From Phycisphaeraceae bacterium (lineage in GTDB: Bacteria; Planctomycetota; Phycisphaerae; Phycisphaerales; Phycisphaeraceae), in the NCBI GenBank assembly GCA_963674705.1, contig OY771506.1, forward strand, positions 1,760,001 to 1,824,000: DNA of 64,000 bases, read 5' to 3'. Below the pieces are notes generated by a model. That model ran no database searches. It was given only the letters and a program-made list of their open reading frames with translations, and was not told the DNA's origin. Numbering within the stretch: the first letter of the stretch is position 1; each line of letters opens with the position of its first letter. The position numbers and the translations under genes are program-made. Positions 1-10,266 of the stretch are shown here, in pieces.

Positions 1-1715
1 AAACGCAACTGGCTCCAACCGTTCAGCACAAGCCCTTTTACCTGCTCGGGATTGAACAGACCAACCTGCACCGGGTGATAGATCAGCACCATCGGTGATT
101 CCTTCACCAGGATCGATTCCGCCTGACGCAACAATTCCAGACGCTTCTGCGAGTCTGTTGCCACCGATGCTTCATCCATCAACCGGTCGTACTCGTCGTT
201 CTTCCACTTGGTGGTGTTGTTTTCATCATCACCGCGGCGGATATCAAGCCACGTCGTCGGGTCGGCGTAATCACCGTACCAGCCAGTTCGACGGATCGTG
301 TAATCCTGGCTGCGCGCCCGGGCCGCACTGATCTTGGATTCCACACCCTCCAGTGTGACATCCACACCAAGCTCTTCTTTCCACATCTTCTTAATCGCCT
401 GGGCGACGTTTTCGTGGCCCGCTCCCGTGTTGTACAGGATAGACAAACCGGAAATCCCTTCGCCGTCGGCGTGCCCCGCTTCGGCCAGCAACTCACGCGC
501 AGCTTCCGGATCAAACCTTGGCCCGTCTTCCACCGGCGGGTGATAGAAGTTCAATGCGGTTGGCGGTACGAAGCTGTAAGCGCTCGGCTCATTCAGCCGT
601 GTGATCGAGTGTGTGATCTCATCACGGTTCACCGCCATCGCCAAAGCTCGCCGAACGCGCGAGTCATAAAGCGGATTGTCCTCACCCGTCTTCAGCTTTG
701 GCAGACAGTTAAGGTTGTAGAAGTAAGTCCCCGCCATCGGCGTTATATGCACATCACTGCGATCCTGTCGGACCAGGTCGTACGCAATCTCCGGGATAAC
801 GCTGGGTACAAAATCGATCACGCCCGTTTCATAAAGCAGCAACTGCGACTGCTCGTTATTAACGATCAACTCCATCACGGAGCTGTTCTTAAGCGATTCC
901 TTATTCCAGTAATATTCGTTCGCTTCACAATAGTTGTATTGACGGTACTTCCGATCCTTCAACGTATAAGGCCCGTTGCAGATCAACCTATGTGGATCAT
1001 TCCAATAGGTCGCGTCATCAAGTATCTGACCCGACTCGGCATTGAACGCCACCGCCGCACTCACACTCTTTTCATGCACCGGCAGATACGTCGCGAACGC
1101 CAGCATGTCGATGAAGTACTCGGTCCGCTGTCTCAGGTGAATAATCAGCGTCTGATCGTCCGGTGCTTCTAAGCCGACCATCTCAACAAACTTCTTCTCT
1201 GCCTCCGCCCACATCACCTTGGCATCTTCTTCCGAACCGCCAGCGGTGCTGTACTTATCGGTGTAGGCTTTGAGTTGATCGCTGCGCCAGTGGAAGAAGT
1301 CTTCCGCCCCCTTGATGAAGAACATGAAGTGCCCGTAGCCCGCCGCGGTGTCCGGCAGCATCGCGCGTCGCCAGGCATAAACAAAGTCGTGTGACGTCAC
1401 AGGATCGCCGTTCGACCACTTCGCATCCTCGCGGATATGGAACGTGTACGTCAGCCCATCCTCGGATATCTCCCAGCTCTCGGCCATCCCCGGGTACGTT
1501 TCCATGTTGCTGAAGTCGAGGATCACCAACGGCTCAAACATCGCCCGCGTCAGTTGGATGTCCATCAGGTAGGTCATCCGCTGCGGATCACGGCTGTTGT
1601 GCTCGCTGGTGATGGAAAAAACAAAGTCCGCCTCCGGTCGCGGGCTCCCGAGGCCCCCGATCAGGATCGGGACGGTGAACATGATCAGAATCAGCGCAAC
1701 AATCCGCTTAACCAT
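1..1715 (-). CDS. Peptide/oligopeptide ABC transporter substrate-binding protein (SBP family 5), 3' end outside the window
   Basis: Not in the ORF track; manual translation from ATG at 1715 gives MVKRIVALILIMFTVPILIGG...GMAESWEISEDGLTYTFHIREDAKWSNGDPVTSHDFVYAWRR, the OppA/DppA family signature. Confidence 0.9.
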   Translation of the reverse strand, partial: MVKRIVALILIMFTVPILIGGLGSPRPEADFVFSITSEHNSRDPQRMTYLMDIQLTRAMFEPLVILDFSNMETYPGMAESWEISEDGLTYTFHIREDAKWSNGDPVTSHDFVYAWRRAMLPDTAAGYGHFMFFIKGAEDFFHWRSDQLKAYTDKYSTAGGSEEDAKVMWAEAEKKFVEMVGLEAPDDQTLIIHLRQRTEYFIDMLAFATYLPVHEKSVSAAVAFNAESGQILDDATYWNDPHRLICNGPYTLKDRKYRQYNYCEANEYYWNKESLKNSSVMELIVNNEQSQLLLYETGVIDFVPSVIPEIAYDLVRQDRSDVHITPMAGTYFYNLNCLPKLKTGEDNPLYDSRVRRALAMAVNRDEITHSITRLNEPSAYSFVPPTALNFYHPPVEDGPRFDPEAARELLAEAGHADGEGISGLSILYNTGAGHENVAQAIKKMWKEELGVDVTLEGVESKISAARARSQDYTIRRTGWYGDYADPTTWLDIRRGDDENNTTKWKNDEYDRLMDEASVATDSQKRLELLRQAESILVKESPMVLIYHPVQVGLFNPEQVKGLVLNGWSQLR

Positions 1716-1797
1716 GAGTCACAGTGTACTGTGACAGCGAATTCATCGCATGATGATTACAGAATATTATGCCGTTTCGGGTCCGTCACGGCATACT

Positions 1798-3018
1798 TCA
1801 GGGATTAACCGCCCTGTAATCGCGTGAGATCGCCACTTTCCGGGCCGTGCTGGTCTTCACACCGACCAGCTCCACCTCGTATCGCAGGCTCGCGCCGGGC
1901 GGGATCACCCCGCCAGCCGCTCCGCGTGAGCCATATGCCAAATAAGGCGGGATCTCGATCAGCCGTTTTTCGCCCTCCTGCATCCCCGCCACGCCCAGGT
2001 CCCAGCCGGCGATCACATCGCCCGTCCCGATCCGTAATTCCGTCGGCTCACCACGCTGGTACGTGTCGTCATACGTCTCCTGCTCCCGGCCGACATAGGC
2101 CCGATAATTCACCAGTACCGTGTCGCCTGGCTTGGCGATCTCACCCTCGCCCAGCGATTCCGTCGTCAGCCGAACGCCCGGCAAAATTCCCACCAGTTCG
2201 ATATCAAACTTCAATGTCCCGTCCGGCACGACCACGATCCCCGGGTAGGGCCCGCACACCAGCTCCGGGCTCAGGATCAATCGACGCTTCTCACCGACGC
2301 GCATCCCGACCAGCCCCTCGTCCCAGCCACGCGGCACCTCGCCCGACCAGACAATGAATCCCACCGGCTTGCCCGGCGCCGACCGATCAAATTCCTTGCC
2401 ATCAAACGTCGAGCCGACGTAGTTGATCAAGACATACCGGCCCGCGATGGCCGTATCCCCCGTGCCCGTCTTGAGAATCTTGTATCGCAAACCCGAGGAA
2501 GTCGAGATGTATCCCTCGGCGGTCAATCCCTGCTCGTAGTTAACCTGCTGAATCTCAACCGCATCATTTTTAAACAGGTGTTCAGCCGACGCATTTTCGT
2601 CAGCCGGCACTTCGTTTTCATCCGGCGTATCCTGTGGCGCGTTCGGCAACGGCCCATTTGAGTTATAGGACTTGAAGAAGTACCAACTCACCGCCGCGAT
2701 GATCCCCGCAAGGATCAACAACACGATCCACCGCATCGCGCCCGGGCCTTTGGCTTTACCGGTCGCATCATGCACCTGGGCTTCACTTCGTATCTTGCCG
2801 ACCTGGCGTGCCGTTTCCATCTTCTCGATCAGATCAAGATAGCGCTGCTCATCTTTATCAGACCCTTTACGCGTCAGCGCGCCGTAGTAGCCGCTGCCGT
2901 CGCTGCGTTTGACCGCATAAAAGATGCGGCCCTCGCTGTCGCGGATCGCTCTTTCCAGGTCCTGATCGCGTACTTTGACAGGCTGGCCGTCGTGTGGGCT
3001 GTGCACGATGATCGCCAT
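1798..3018 (-). CDS. Membrane-anchored FKBP-type peptidyl-prolyl isomerase with two FKBP domains
   Basis: Two FKBP motifs (GWDEGLVGMRVGEKRRL; VIAGWDLGVAGMQEGEKRLIEIPPYLAYG...IPPGASLRYEVEL); TM helix WIVLLILAGIIAAVSWYFF; unrecognised N-terminal domain. Confidence 0.9.
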   Translation of the reverse strand: MAIIVHSPHDGQPVKVRDQDLERAIRDSEGRIFYAVKRSDGSGYYGALTRKGSDKDEQRYLDLIEKMETARQVGKIRSEAQVHDATGKAKGPGAMRWIVLLILAGIIAAVSWYFFKSYNSNGPLPNAPQDTPDENEVPADENASAEHLFKNDAVEIQQVNYEQGLTAEGYISTSSGLRYKILKTGTGDTAIAGRYVLINYVGSTFDGKEFDRSAPGKPVGFIVWSGEVPRGWDEGLVGMRVGEKRRLILSPELVCGPYPGIVVVPDGTLKFDIELVGILPGVRLTTESLGEGEIAKPGDTVLVNYRAYVGREQETYDDTYQRGEPTELRIGTGDVIAGWDLGVAGMQEGEKRLIEIPPYLAYGSRGAAGGVIPPGASLRYEVELVGVKTSTARKVAISRDYRAVNP

Positions 3019-3215
3019 GAAAACTTGCTCCTTGCCACGAAACGAAAACAGCAGCTCAAAACCATGAGCTGATAATCCCTCACTTCATCGGCATGGCAGC
3101 ACGTTTATGGACACAACCAACAGAGATGACAACCAAATAACATCGGAACTTCTTTGCGTCCGCTGAAGTTACACCCTCAAGATGTTCTTAGGCCTTACCC
3201 GATCCAAGGCAGGCG

Positions 3216-3485
3216 ATGAACACACCTTCTCACGAGTCTTCCGTCAACGACACTCAAGCGCCGGCGTCTCTGCCCGTGGAGTCTGGAATGAGTAAGCAAC
3301 AGATGATCGAGATGATCCGTCAACGCAACCGTTCGGCCTCGAACGAATTCCTCATCAAGTTCGATGAAGAAGCACTGCGGAATTACCTGAGTCGCCTCAC
3401 CAAGCTCCAGGACCACCGCGGCCGCACCACCGTCTGGGTCCGCTCCGGCATCTCCCCCGCCTCCATCACACGCCAGTGCGCCTGA
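3216..3485 (+). CDS. Small hypothetical protein
   Basis: 89-aa ORF with AAGGCAGG upstream and host-like codon usage; no recognised motif. Confidence 0.6.
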   Translation: MNTPSHESSVNDTQAPASLPVESGMSKQQMIEMIRQRNRSASNEFLIKFDEEALRNYLSRLTKLQDHRGRTTVWVRSGISPASITRQCA

Positions 3486-3514
3486 CTTCACACAAACTTC
3501 CGCTTTGTCCGATC

Positions 3515-3550
3515 CCCTCTCCCCGCGGGAGAGGGCTAGGGTGAGGGCCG
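3515..3550. repeat. REP-like palindrome family A (CCCTCTCCC-loop-GGGAGAGGG with CCCTCACCC arm)
   Basis: Related copies near 41839-41876, 41923-41947 plus 42935-42947 (split by the IS), 60127-60162, 61872-61916 and 63246-63281. Confidence 0.8.
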
Positions 3551-3738
3551 GAATGATTGCGTGTCAGATAAAAACACAATCACGCAAGAAACCCGGGATT
3601 TCGTGTTGTTCGCGCACACCGAATCTTTCCCGCCAAGCCCTATAATCAACCGATACATAGTGTCTGACGACCTGATTTGCGTAATCAGCGTCAGCACTGG
3701 CCCCACCGCGGCGACCCAACAGTGAAGGTACTTCAGGC

Positions 3739-5271
3739 GTGAGACTTCAACCGCTCATTCAAGGGCTCGGGCTCCGGCACATATCCGGCTCGGCCGACGT
3801 TGAATGCTGCGATATCACCGACGACTCACGCCAGGTCACCCCCGGCTGCCTGTTCATCTCACGCGGATCAACCATACAAACACCCGCCTACATCCTGCAA
3901 GCCATCGACAGCGGCGCTGTTGCTGTTATCAGTGAACCGCTCGATACCGAGCCACTGCCCGATAATATCGCGCACTACGTCGCCGATGCCGTAGATCAAC
4001 GACTGGCAGGTAAACTCGCGGAGCGATTCTTCGGCGAACCCGCCAAGCGATTAACCCTCATCGGTATCACCGGGACCAACGGCAAGTCCACCATCGCCCT
4101 GCTCATCCAACACCTGCTCAAAGCAGCGAACATCCAAACGGGCGTCATCGGAACCATCTTCACCGATGACGGCACGCCCGACGGCCGAAAGCCCGCGAGC
4201 CTCACCACACCCGGCGCGATCGACTTCTCTCGTTCGTTAGCCCGCATGGCTGATGCCGGCTGCGACGCTGTGGCTGCGGAAGTTTCCAGCCACGCACTTG
4301 AGCAAGGCCGCGTCGATGTCGCCGCGTTCAAGGTAGGTTTGTTCACCAACCTCACGCAGGATCACCTCGACTACCACAAGACGATGCAGGCCTACGCCGA
4401 GGCAAAATCCATCCTCTTTGCGCACCTGCTCAAAGACGATGGTACCGCAGTCATCAATCTCGATGATGCATACGCCCAGGCCGTGCTCGCAGACTTCGCC
4501 GGTGACATCCGCTGGACTTCGCTCAAACAATCACAAACCGATCGGCCCGGCTCGCTTTGCTACGCCGACCAGGTCGAGCTGCGCGCCGATTCGAGCACCG
4601 CGCGATTTATCGGGCCTTGGGGCGAAATCAAAACCACCATCCCGCTGATCGGTGGCTACAACGTCTCCAACACGCTCCAGGCACTCGCCGCGGCACACGC
4701 GATGACTAACAGCAGCGACACCCTGCGAACCGCGCTGCAGACGCTGCCGCAAGTGCCCGGCCGACTCGAACGGGTCAGCCTCCCATCAGACAATGAAAAC
4801 CAGCCGGATATCCCCACCGTGCTGGTCGACTATGCACACACGCCCGATGCGCTCGAAAATGCGATGTCCGCACTGCGACCGTTAACGCCCGGCAAACTTA
4901 TTGTCATGTTCGGCTGCGGTGGCGATCGCGACCGCACCAAGCGCCCGCTCATGGCACAGGCCGCCTGCCGAAACGCCGACCTGATCTACCTCACCTCCGA
5001 CAACCCGCGCACCGAAGACCCCGACACCATCATCAAAGATGCGCTGGTTGGTATCCCCGAAGCGCGTAAGCCCGATCTCGTCGTCGACGCCGACCGCGCC
5101 AAAGCGATCCGTATGGCTGTGCTTGCAGGCAAGCCGGGCGATACCGTGTTGCTTGCCGGCAAGGGGCACGAAGACTACCAGACCATCGGCCGGGAGAACA
5201 TCCACTTCGACGACCGCGAACACGCTCAACAAGCCCTGATCCAATGGGCCTGCGAAAAGGCAGCCCAATGA
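3739..5271 (+). CDS. murE: UDP-N-acetylmuramoyl-tripeptide synthetase MurE
   Basis: GITGTNGKST, EVSSHAL, FTNLTQDHLDYH, VDYAHTPDAL, FGCGGDRD, SDNPR and AGKGHE motifs. Confidence 0.97.
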   Translation: MRLQPLIQGLGLRHISGSADVECCDITDDSRQVTPGCLFISRGSTIQTPAYILQAIDSGAVAVISEPLDTEPLPDNIAHYVADAVDQRLAGKLAERFFGEPAKRLTLIGITGTNGKSTIALLIQHLLKAANIQTGVIGTIFTDDGTPDGRKPASLTTPGAIDFSRSLARMADAGCDAVAAEVSSHALEQGRVDVAAFKVGLFTNLTQDHLDYHKTMQAYAEAKSILFAHLLKDDGTAVINLDDAYAQAVLADFAGDIRWTSLKQSQTDRPGSLCYADQVELRADSSTARFIGPWGEIKTTIPLIGGYNVSNTLQALAAAHAMTNSSDTLRTALQTLPQVPGRLERVSLPSDNENQPDIPTVLVDYAHTPDALENAMSALRPLTPGKLIVMFGCGGDRDRTKRPLMAQAACRNADLIYLTSDNPRTEDPDTIIKDALVGIPEARKPDLVVDADRAKAIRMAVLAGKPGDTVLLAGKGHEDYQTIGRENIHFDDREHAQQALIQWACEKAAQ

Positions 5272-6689
5272 CCATGATCGATGCCACGCCCGCAACATGT
5301 TGGACGCCTGACTGGGTGCAGCGCATCACCATCGGCCATTGGCTCACTGCCGAACCCGACGCCACAACCAAACTCACCGGCATCTGCATCGACTCGCGCG
5401 CCATCAAGCCCGGCCAGGTCTTTCTCGCCGTCAAAGGCGCTAACTTCGATGGGCATGACTATATAGATGCAGCATTCAAGCAAAACGCAGCACTCGTCAT
5501 TATCGATCGCAAAGAAGCCGCCTCTAATATAGATGCGCCCGGCGTCCTGCTTGTTGATGATACGATCGAAGCACTTCAACAGCTCGCCGCCGACTATCGA
5601 AAGCATCTGAAGCAAGCAGGCTGCACCGTCATTGCCGTCGCCGGGTCGAACGGCAAAACAACAACACGCCACCTCATTCACACCACCCTCGCTTCAACGC
5701 TCAAAGGCACGCAATCACCAAAGAGCTTCAATAACCACATCGGTGTCCCGCTTACGCTGCTCGGCGCATCATTAGATGATGACTACCTCGTTGCTGAAGT
5801 CGGCACGAACCATCCGGGTGAAATAGACAGCCTCGGCAAGATCCTGCTGCCTGACGCAGCGGTCATCACTTGCATCGGTAACGAACACATGGAGTATTTC
5901 ATCGATCTCGATGGCGTCGCCAAAGAAGAAGCCGCCATCACCCAGTATCTGCCTGACGGTGCGCCTCTGTTCATCGAGCAAAACGCACTTAATTGGGTAA
6001 GCAAAGCTCCGACCTTTAACAAGTCTGTGCAAGTATTACCTTATAAGGCAAACCTTGTCAGTGATGCCCCCCCCAGCCGCTTGCGGCTTAGCGCTTCTGC
6101 CACCATCAACCTCCCCCTGCCTGCCCCCCACGACGCCACCAACGCCTCCGCCGCGATCCAAATCGCACGCTGGATGAACGTCGACGACGACCACATCAAG
6201 CAGGCCCTCGAAAACGCCACGCCCATGCCCGGTAGGCTCGTCATCAAACGCTTCGGCCCGGCCACCGTTATCGACGACACATACAACGCCAACCCCGACT
6301 CCGTTGCTGCCGCACTCGATGTACTCAAAAACTATGCCGCAGACTCAGGCGCCCGCCGCGTCGCCATCCTCGGAGATATGCTCGAACTCGGTGCGATCTC
6401 GAAACAATCCCACGAAAATATCGGCAAGGCGCTCGTGCAGCTAGCTCAATCAGGCAAACTCCAGCAAGCCACGCTGATCGGCCCGCTCATGGCTGACGCA
6501 GCCGACACAATCGCACAAGCCGATACCAACCTGCACACAGTGCACTACCCCGACATCAATGAACAAACCTTCAAGGCCATCACCGATTCACTCGAATCCG
6601 GCGATATCATCCTATGCAAAGGATCACGCGGCCTGATGCTCGAACGACTGGTCAAGATGATAGAAACACGGTTCACACAACAACCATAA
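5268..6689 (+). CDS. murF: UDP-N-acetylmuramoyl-tripeptide--D-Ala-D-Ala ligase MurF
   Basis: AGSNGKTTT, SFNNHIGVPLT, EVGTNHPGEI, DDTYNANPDS, LGDMLELG, KGSRG; ATGA overlap with the murE stop. Confidence 0.96.
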   Translation: MTMIDATPATCWTPDWVQRITIGHWLTAEPDATTKLTGICIDSRAIKPGQVFLAVKGANFDGHDYIDAAFKQNAALVIIDRKEAASNIDAPGVLLVDDTIEALQQLAADYRKHLKQAGCTVIAVAGSNGKTTTRHLIHTTLASTLKGTQSPKSFNNHIGVPLTLLGASLDDDYLVAEVGTNHPGEIDSLGKILLPDAAVITCIGNEHMEYFIDLDGVAKEEAAITQYLPDGAPLFIEQNALNWVSKAPTFNKSVQVLPYKANLVSDAPPSRLRLSASATINLPLPAPHDATNASAAIQIARWMNVDDDHIKQALENATPMPGRLVIKRFGPATVIDDTYNANPDSVAAALDVLKNYAADSGARRVAILGDMLELGAISKQSHENIGKALVQLAQSGKLQQATLIGPLMADAADTIAQADTNLHTVHYPDINEQTFKAITDSLESGDIILCKGSRGLMLERLVKMIETRFTQQP

Positions 6690-6758
6690 AAAAACAATAC
6701 CGAAGCACCCCCGGCAGCGGTTGCGTCGGCGTATGATACACAGCAAACTGCCCCAAAC

Positions 6759-7967
6759 ATGATTTACTTACTCGTCAAACACTTTGAACAAGCGATCGAC
6801 AACAGCACCGTGCTGGGGCCGCTCGGTGTGTTCCGCTGGGTCGAGTTCCGCGCCGTCTTCGCCATCGTGATCAGCTTCCTCATCGTCGTGCTCTTCGGCA
6901 AACGTACCATCCGTTGGCTCGTCAAACAGAAAATCGGCGACAACCCGACGTTCGACCACAAAGACCTCGACCGCCTGATGAAGCAGAAGGCCAACACCCC
7001 CACCATGGGCGGCATCCTCATCGCCGGCTCGATCTACGCATCCATCCTCCTGCTGGCCAATGTCTACAACTTCTACGTCATCATGGCGCTGGTGTGCTTT
7101 ACCTGGCTGTTCGTTGTCGGGCTTGTCGACGACTGGCTCAAACTCACCACCGCCAGGCGAAAGCCCGGCTCTCGCCACGGACTATACTCCGGCGAAAAAC
7201 TGCTGCTGCAGATCGGGCTCGCTGTCATCCTCGGCCTATTCATCCATCATTGGGGCGATTCCAGTGTCCTCTTCCCCGACCCCGACGTGCAGAAGATGAG
7301 CCACAGCCTCACGCTGCCGTTGATGAAGACGTGGGTGTTCCAGGATGGGTCTTATGTCCCCTCGCCGAACCTCATCAAACTTGCGCCTTGGCCGTTCGTC
7401 CTGCTCACGATTTTTATCATCACGTATTCATCCAATGCCGTGAACCTCACCGACGGAATGGACGGCCTTGCAGGCGGGACGATGGTCATCGTCGCTTCCG
7501 CGTTCATGGTGCTCTGCTTCATCGCAGGCCACACCGCGGGTGACTTCGTATTAGCCAAACGCCTGCTCGTGCCGCACATCCCCTTCAGCGATGAACTGGC
7601 CGTCGTCGCCGGTGCGATGGTCGGCGCCTGTCTTGGTTTCCTGTGGTTTAACTGTTCGCCCGCGCAGGTCTTCATGGGCGATTCCGGTTCGCTGCCGCTC
7701 GGTGGTTTGCTTGGTTTCGTCGCCGTCGTGATCCGCCAGGAATTCCTGCTCATGGTCATCGGCGGAATCTTCTTCCTCGAAGCGTTCAGCGTTATATTGC
7801 AGGTCGGTTACTTCAAGCTCACCGGCGGTAAACGCATCTTCAAGTGCGCCCCCATCCACCACCACTTCCACCTCTCCGGCTGGACCGAACAGCAAGTCGT
7901 CGTCCGCTTCTGGCTCATCAGCGCACTACTGACCGCCATCGCGCTGGCAACCATCAAGCTGCGATAG
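6759..7967 (+). CDS. mraY: Phospho-N-acetylmuramoyl-pentapeptide transferase MraY
   Basis: KANTPTMGG, DDWLK, NAVNLTDGMDGL, VFMGDSGS, APIHHHF motifs; multiple TM helices. Confidence 0.97.
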   Translation: MIYLLVKHFEQAIDNSTVLGPLGVFRWVEFRAVFAIVISFLIVVLFGKRTIRWLVKQKIGDNPTFDHKDLDRLMKQKANTPTMGGILIAGSIYASILLLANVYNFYVIMALVCFTWLFVVGLVDDWLKLTTARRKPGSRHGLYSGEKLLLQIGLAVILGLFIHHWGDSSVLFPDPDVQKMSHSLTLPLMKTWVFQDGSYVPSPNLIKLAPWPFVLLTIFIITYSSNAVNLTDGMDGLAGGTMVIVASAFMVLCFIAGHTAGDFVLAKRLLVPHIPFSDELAVVAGAMVGACLGFLWFNCSPAQVFMGDSGSLPLGGLLGFVAVVIRQEFLLMVIGGIFFLEAFSVILQVGYFKLTGGKRIFKCAPIHHHFHLSGWTEQQVVVRFWLISALLTAIALATIKLR

Positions 7968-8060
7968 GTAAATGGTCAATGTTCAATGTGGAATCTTCAA
8001 TCGCAGAACTGCGATCGATGATCAATAGCCCTCAAGCCGCTCGCGGCTTAGCGCTCTTCC

Positions 8061-8516
8061 TCACGGCGCTGTATATTCCCCCGTCGTCTCGTCAAACCCA
8101 ACCCCGATCAGTACCGGCCGCTCGGTCACATCATATTCCCAACCGTCGCTTGATGTTCCTTCGCCGAACGTCGTTACACTGCTGCTGTTTGTAAATGGAT
8201 TAACCGGCACCATCTTCAGGTAAGGCCCGTAATCCCCCGTCGCGTTGAGCGTGCCATCCCGGTCGGACTTGCTTATTAGAGCGCCCCAAAGGTCGTCGAT
8301 GTCAGGGTACGTATCATCGTGATCAAACTTATAACGTTCCAGCGCCATGCGCGTCCCACGCATCGTGTCAAGCATGGCTGAAGACTTCGCTGTCGTCGTG
8401 GCATTGGTGAACTTCGGAACCACCAACGCCGCGAGGATCCCCAGCACGCTGATAACAATCATCAACTCGACCAGTGTAAAACCTGCATTCCGCCCGAGGT
8501 AACGTATCTGCATCAT
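8061..8516 (-). CDS. Prepilin/pseudopilin (GspG-like) protein
   Basis: N-terminal methylation motif GFTLVELMIVISVLGILAALVVPKF; GPYL...NPF core. Confidence 0.85.
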   Translation of the reverse strand: MMQIRYLGRNAGFTLVELMIVISVLGILAALVVPKFTNATTTAKSSAMLDTMRGTRMALERYKFDHDDTYPDIDDLWGALISKSDRDGTLNATGDYGPYLKMVPVNPFTNSSSVTTFGEGTSSDGWEYDVTERPVLIGVGFDETTGEYTAP

Positions 8517-8800
8517 CTAAAAAAACCTTCATGGAATCAATCTGTGGACTGCAACTGTTATCGTTCCATGACAATCAGATATCCAGTTCCAACCGCGCAG
8601 ATAATAGGTCCACCACGTTTATCAGCTATCACATCATGCGCACAGGGTTACTCGGTTTCCTTGCCTTCGAGCGCACAAATCCCGTACAGCTGTTATCCGT
8701 GTGATAACACGATCTTATCGGTCATGCCTTTCATCAACAGTGTTGCATGGATGCGCACAGACACGTCCATGCGCCTATGGGTAGTGAACCAGGTGATCGA

Positions 8801-9670
8801 TCACAGCCGCGAATACCGCCACACCGCGCGGTACAGCCCCGCTACCTGTTCCCGTGGATGCACAGCCGGTGCGAACTTCGGGTTCAAGGGTTGTAGCCGA
8901 ACCAACTCGCCGTCCTCATCAAAGTACACACGCTTAAAGGTTGTCTCATGATCCGGCTCAAGCCTGACAAAACAATCACACCCGTCCGTCACATCCGCCG
9001 CCGGGCTGAACACGACGATGTCGCCCTCCCGATACTCAGGCAACATCGACTCGCCGTTCACCACCGCGGCAAAGGCATCCGGATCATCCAACCCCGGGCA
9101 ACTCACGTAATCGTCCGCGGCGCGGGCCGGGTAATCCAGATCGGTAAACCCGCACGGGTAACCCGCAGCGACCTTGTTGATAAGCGGGACGCGAGGCATT
9201 TGGGCTACTTGGTACGACGTTTGATCGTCATGCTCAATCGCGACAGTCTCGTTATGCGATGCTGTCGCACCCTCAACCGTGCCAAGCGCATTATCAATCA
9301 TCTTTCGCAGTTGCCCGCTTTGATACAAACCGTCAAGGTCCTTACCGATGCCTTCTTTGCTCCGCGCGCTATCCCGGATAAACCGCGCCAGCGCCCGGCC
9401 TCGCTTCGCATCATCCGACAACCGCTGTACCTCATCGCGCACACCCGCCGGCGCCCGCTCCCAGTCGCCGGTGCGCTGCAGCGAACCATCCGTGACCTGA
9501 AGCGCCGCTTCCAAAGCACGCAACAATGCCGTCGAAGGCGGATTCGCCACCCGATGGTTTTCGATCATCGACAGATAGCTCTTGGTCGATCCGACCGCCT
9601 TGGCCAGGTCCTCCAGTGTTAGCCCGAGTTTGAGCCGTTGCTCGTGCAGTTGTTCGCCGAGCGTGTGCAT
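8801..9670 (-). CDS. XRE-HTH plus S24 autopeptidase repressor (CI/LexA-like)
   Basis: HTH LTLEDLAKAVGSTKSYLSMIEN; Ala-Gly cleavage site VAAGYP; catalytic Ser (GESM) and Lys (TFKR). Start moved to the ATG at 9670, which follows GGGAGG. Confidence 0.9.
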   Translation of the reverse strand: MHTLGEQLHEQRLKLGLTLEDLAKAVGSTKSYLSMIENHRVANPPSTALLRALEAALQVTDGSLQRTGDWERAPAGVRDEVQRLSDDAKRGRALARFIRDSARSKEGIGKDLDGLYQSGQLRKMIDNALGTVEGATASHNETVAIEHDDQTSYQVAQMPRVPLINKVAAGYPCGFTDLDYPARAADDYVSCPGLDDPDAFAAVVNGESMLPEYREGDIVVFSPAADVTDGCDCFVRLEPDHETTFKRVYFDEDGELVRLQPLNPKFAPAVHPREQVAGLYRAVWRYSRL

Positions 9671-9685
9671 CGTTGGCCTCCCGAA

Positions 9686-9738
9686 GTTCAAAATCCATTG
9701 AACATTTGCTTGACAGCAGACCCAACGTCCGCGATAAT
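9686..9738 (+). promoter_or_regulatory. Sigma70-type promoter (TTGACA-17-GATAAT) with an adjacent GTTCAA-N6-TTGAAC candidate operator
   Basis: TTGACA 9710-9715, GATAAT 9733-9738, inverted repeat 9686-9703, all between the divergent repressor and the 9779 gene. Confidence 0.65.
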
Positions 9739-9778
9739 ACCCTAACAAATACCATACAAGTAGGGGGATTTCAAGCCC

Positions 9779-10195
9779 ATGTCTCCGAATCTCAGCCAGA
9801 TTTCCACCACCGCACACGCCCAGCGTCAGCTCAAACGCAAGCAGGTACAGGAGTTATTGGCACTTGCAGATTATTTGCCGGATAAGGACCGTGTCTTGAT
9901 CGAGCACGTCCTGGGCAAGGGTATGCCCGTCGCTCGGGTCGCCAAGCTCTATCAGCGTCCACCCCGCCAGCTTCAACGGCAGGCGACAAACGTCATTAAA
10001 CGCATGTCAGATCAGCTATTTAAGTTCGTCGCCCTGCACATGAATACCCTCCCGGCCGAGACGCGCACCACCGCCCGATACGTCGTCCTGCAAGGTAAAA
10101 GCCTGCGCGAAACCGCCCGATCCACCAACACAAGCCTCCACTACGTCCGCAGACACATGGATATCGTCCACGCCACCGCACGCTTGCTCGCCTGA
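9779..10195 (+). CDS. Putative HTH DNA-binding protein (two sigma region 4-like units)
   Basis: LPDKDRVLIEHVLGKGMPVARVAKLY and LPAETRTTARYVVLQGKSLRETARST resemble duplicated sigma4/LuxR-like HTH patterns. Confidence 0.6.
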   Translation: MSPNLSQISTTAHAQRQLKRKQVQELLALADYLPDKDRVLIEHVLGKGMPVARVAKLYQRPPRQLQRQATNVIKRMSDQLFKFVALHMNTLPAETRTTARYVVLQGKSLRETARSTNTSLHYVRRHMDIVHATARLLA

Positions 10196-10266
10196 TCCAG
10201 CCCGCCGGGGCAAATCAATCACCCACCTGTTCAGGTTCAACCATCATTGAACATTGCGGAGCCGTC

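Noticed and set aside
414..1172. 252-aa plus-strand ORF and similar long antisense ORFs (e.g. 20684-21877, 29099-30034, 32974-33846, 55312-56265)
   Set aside because: Shadow frames opposite well-supported genes, as expected in GC-rich DNA.
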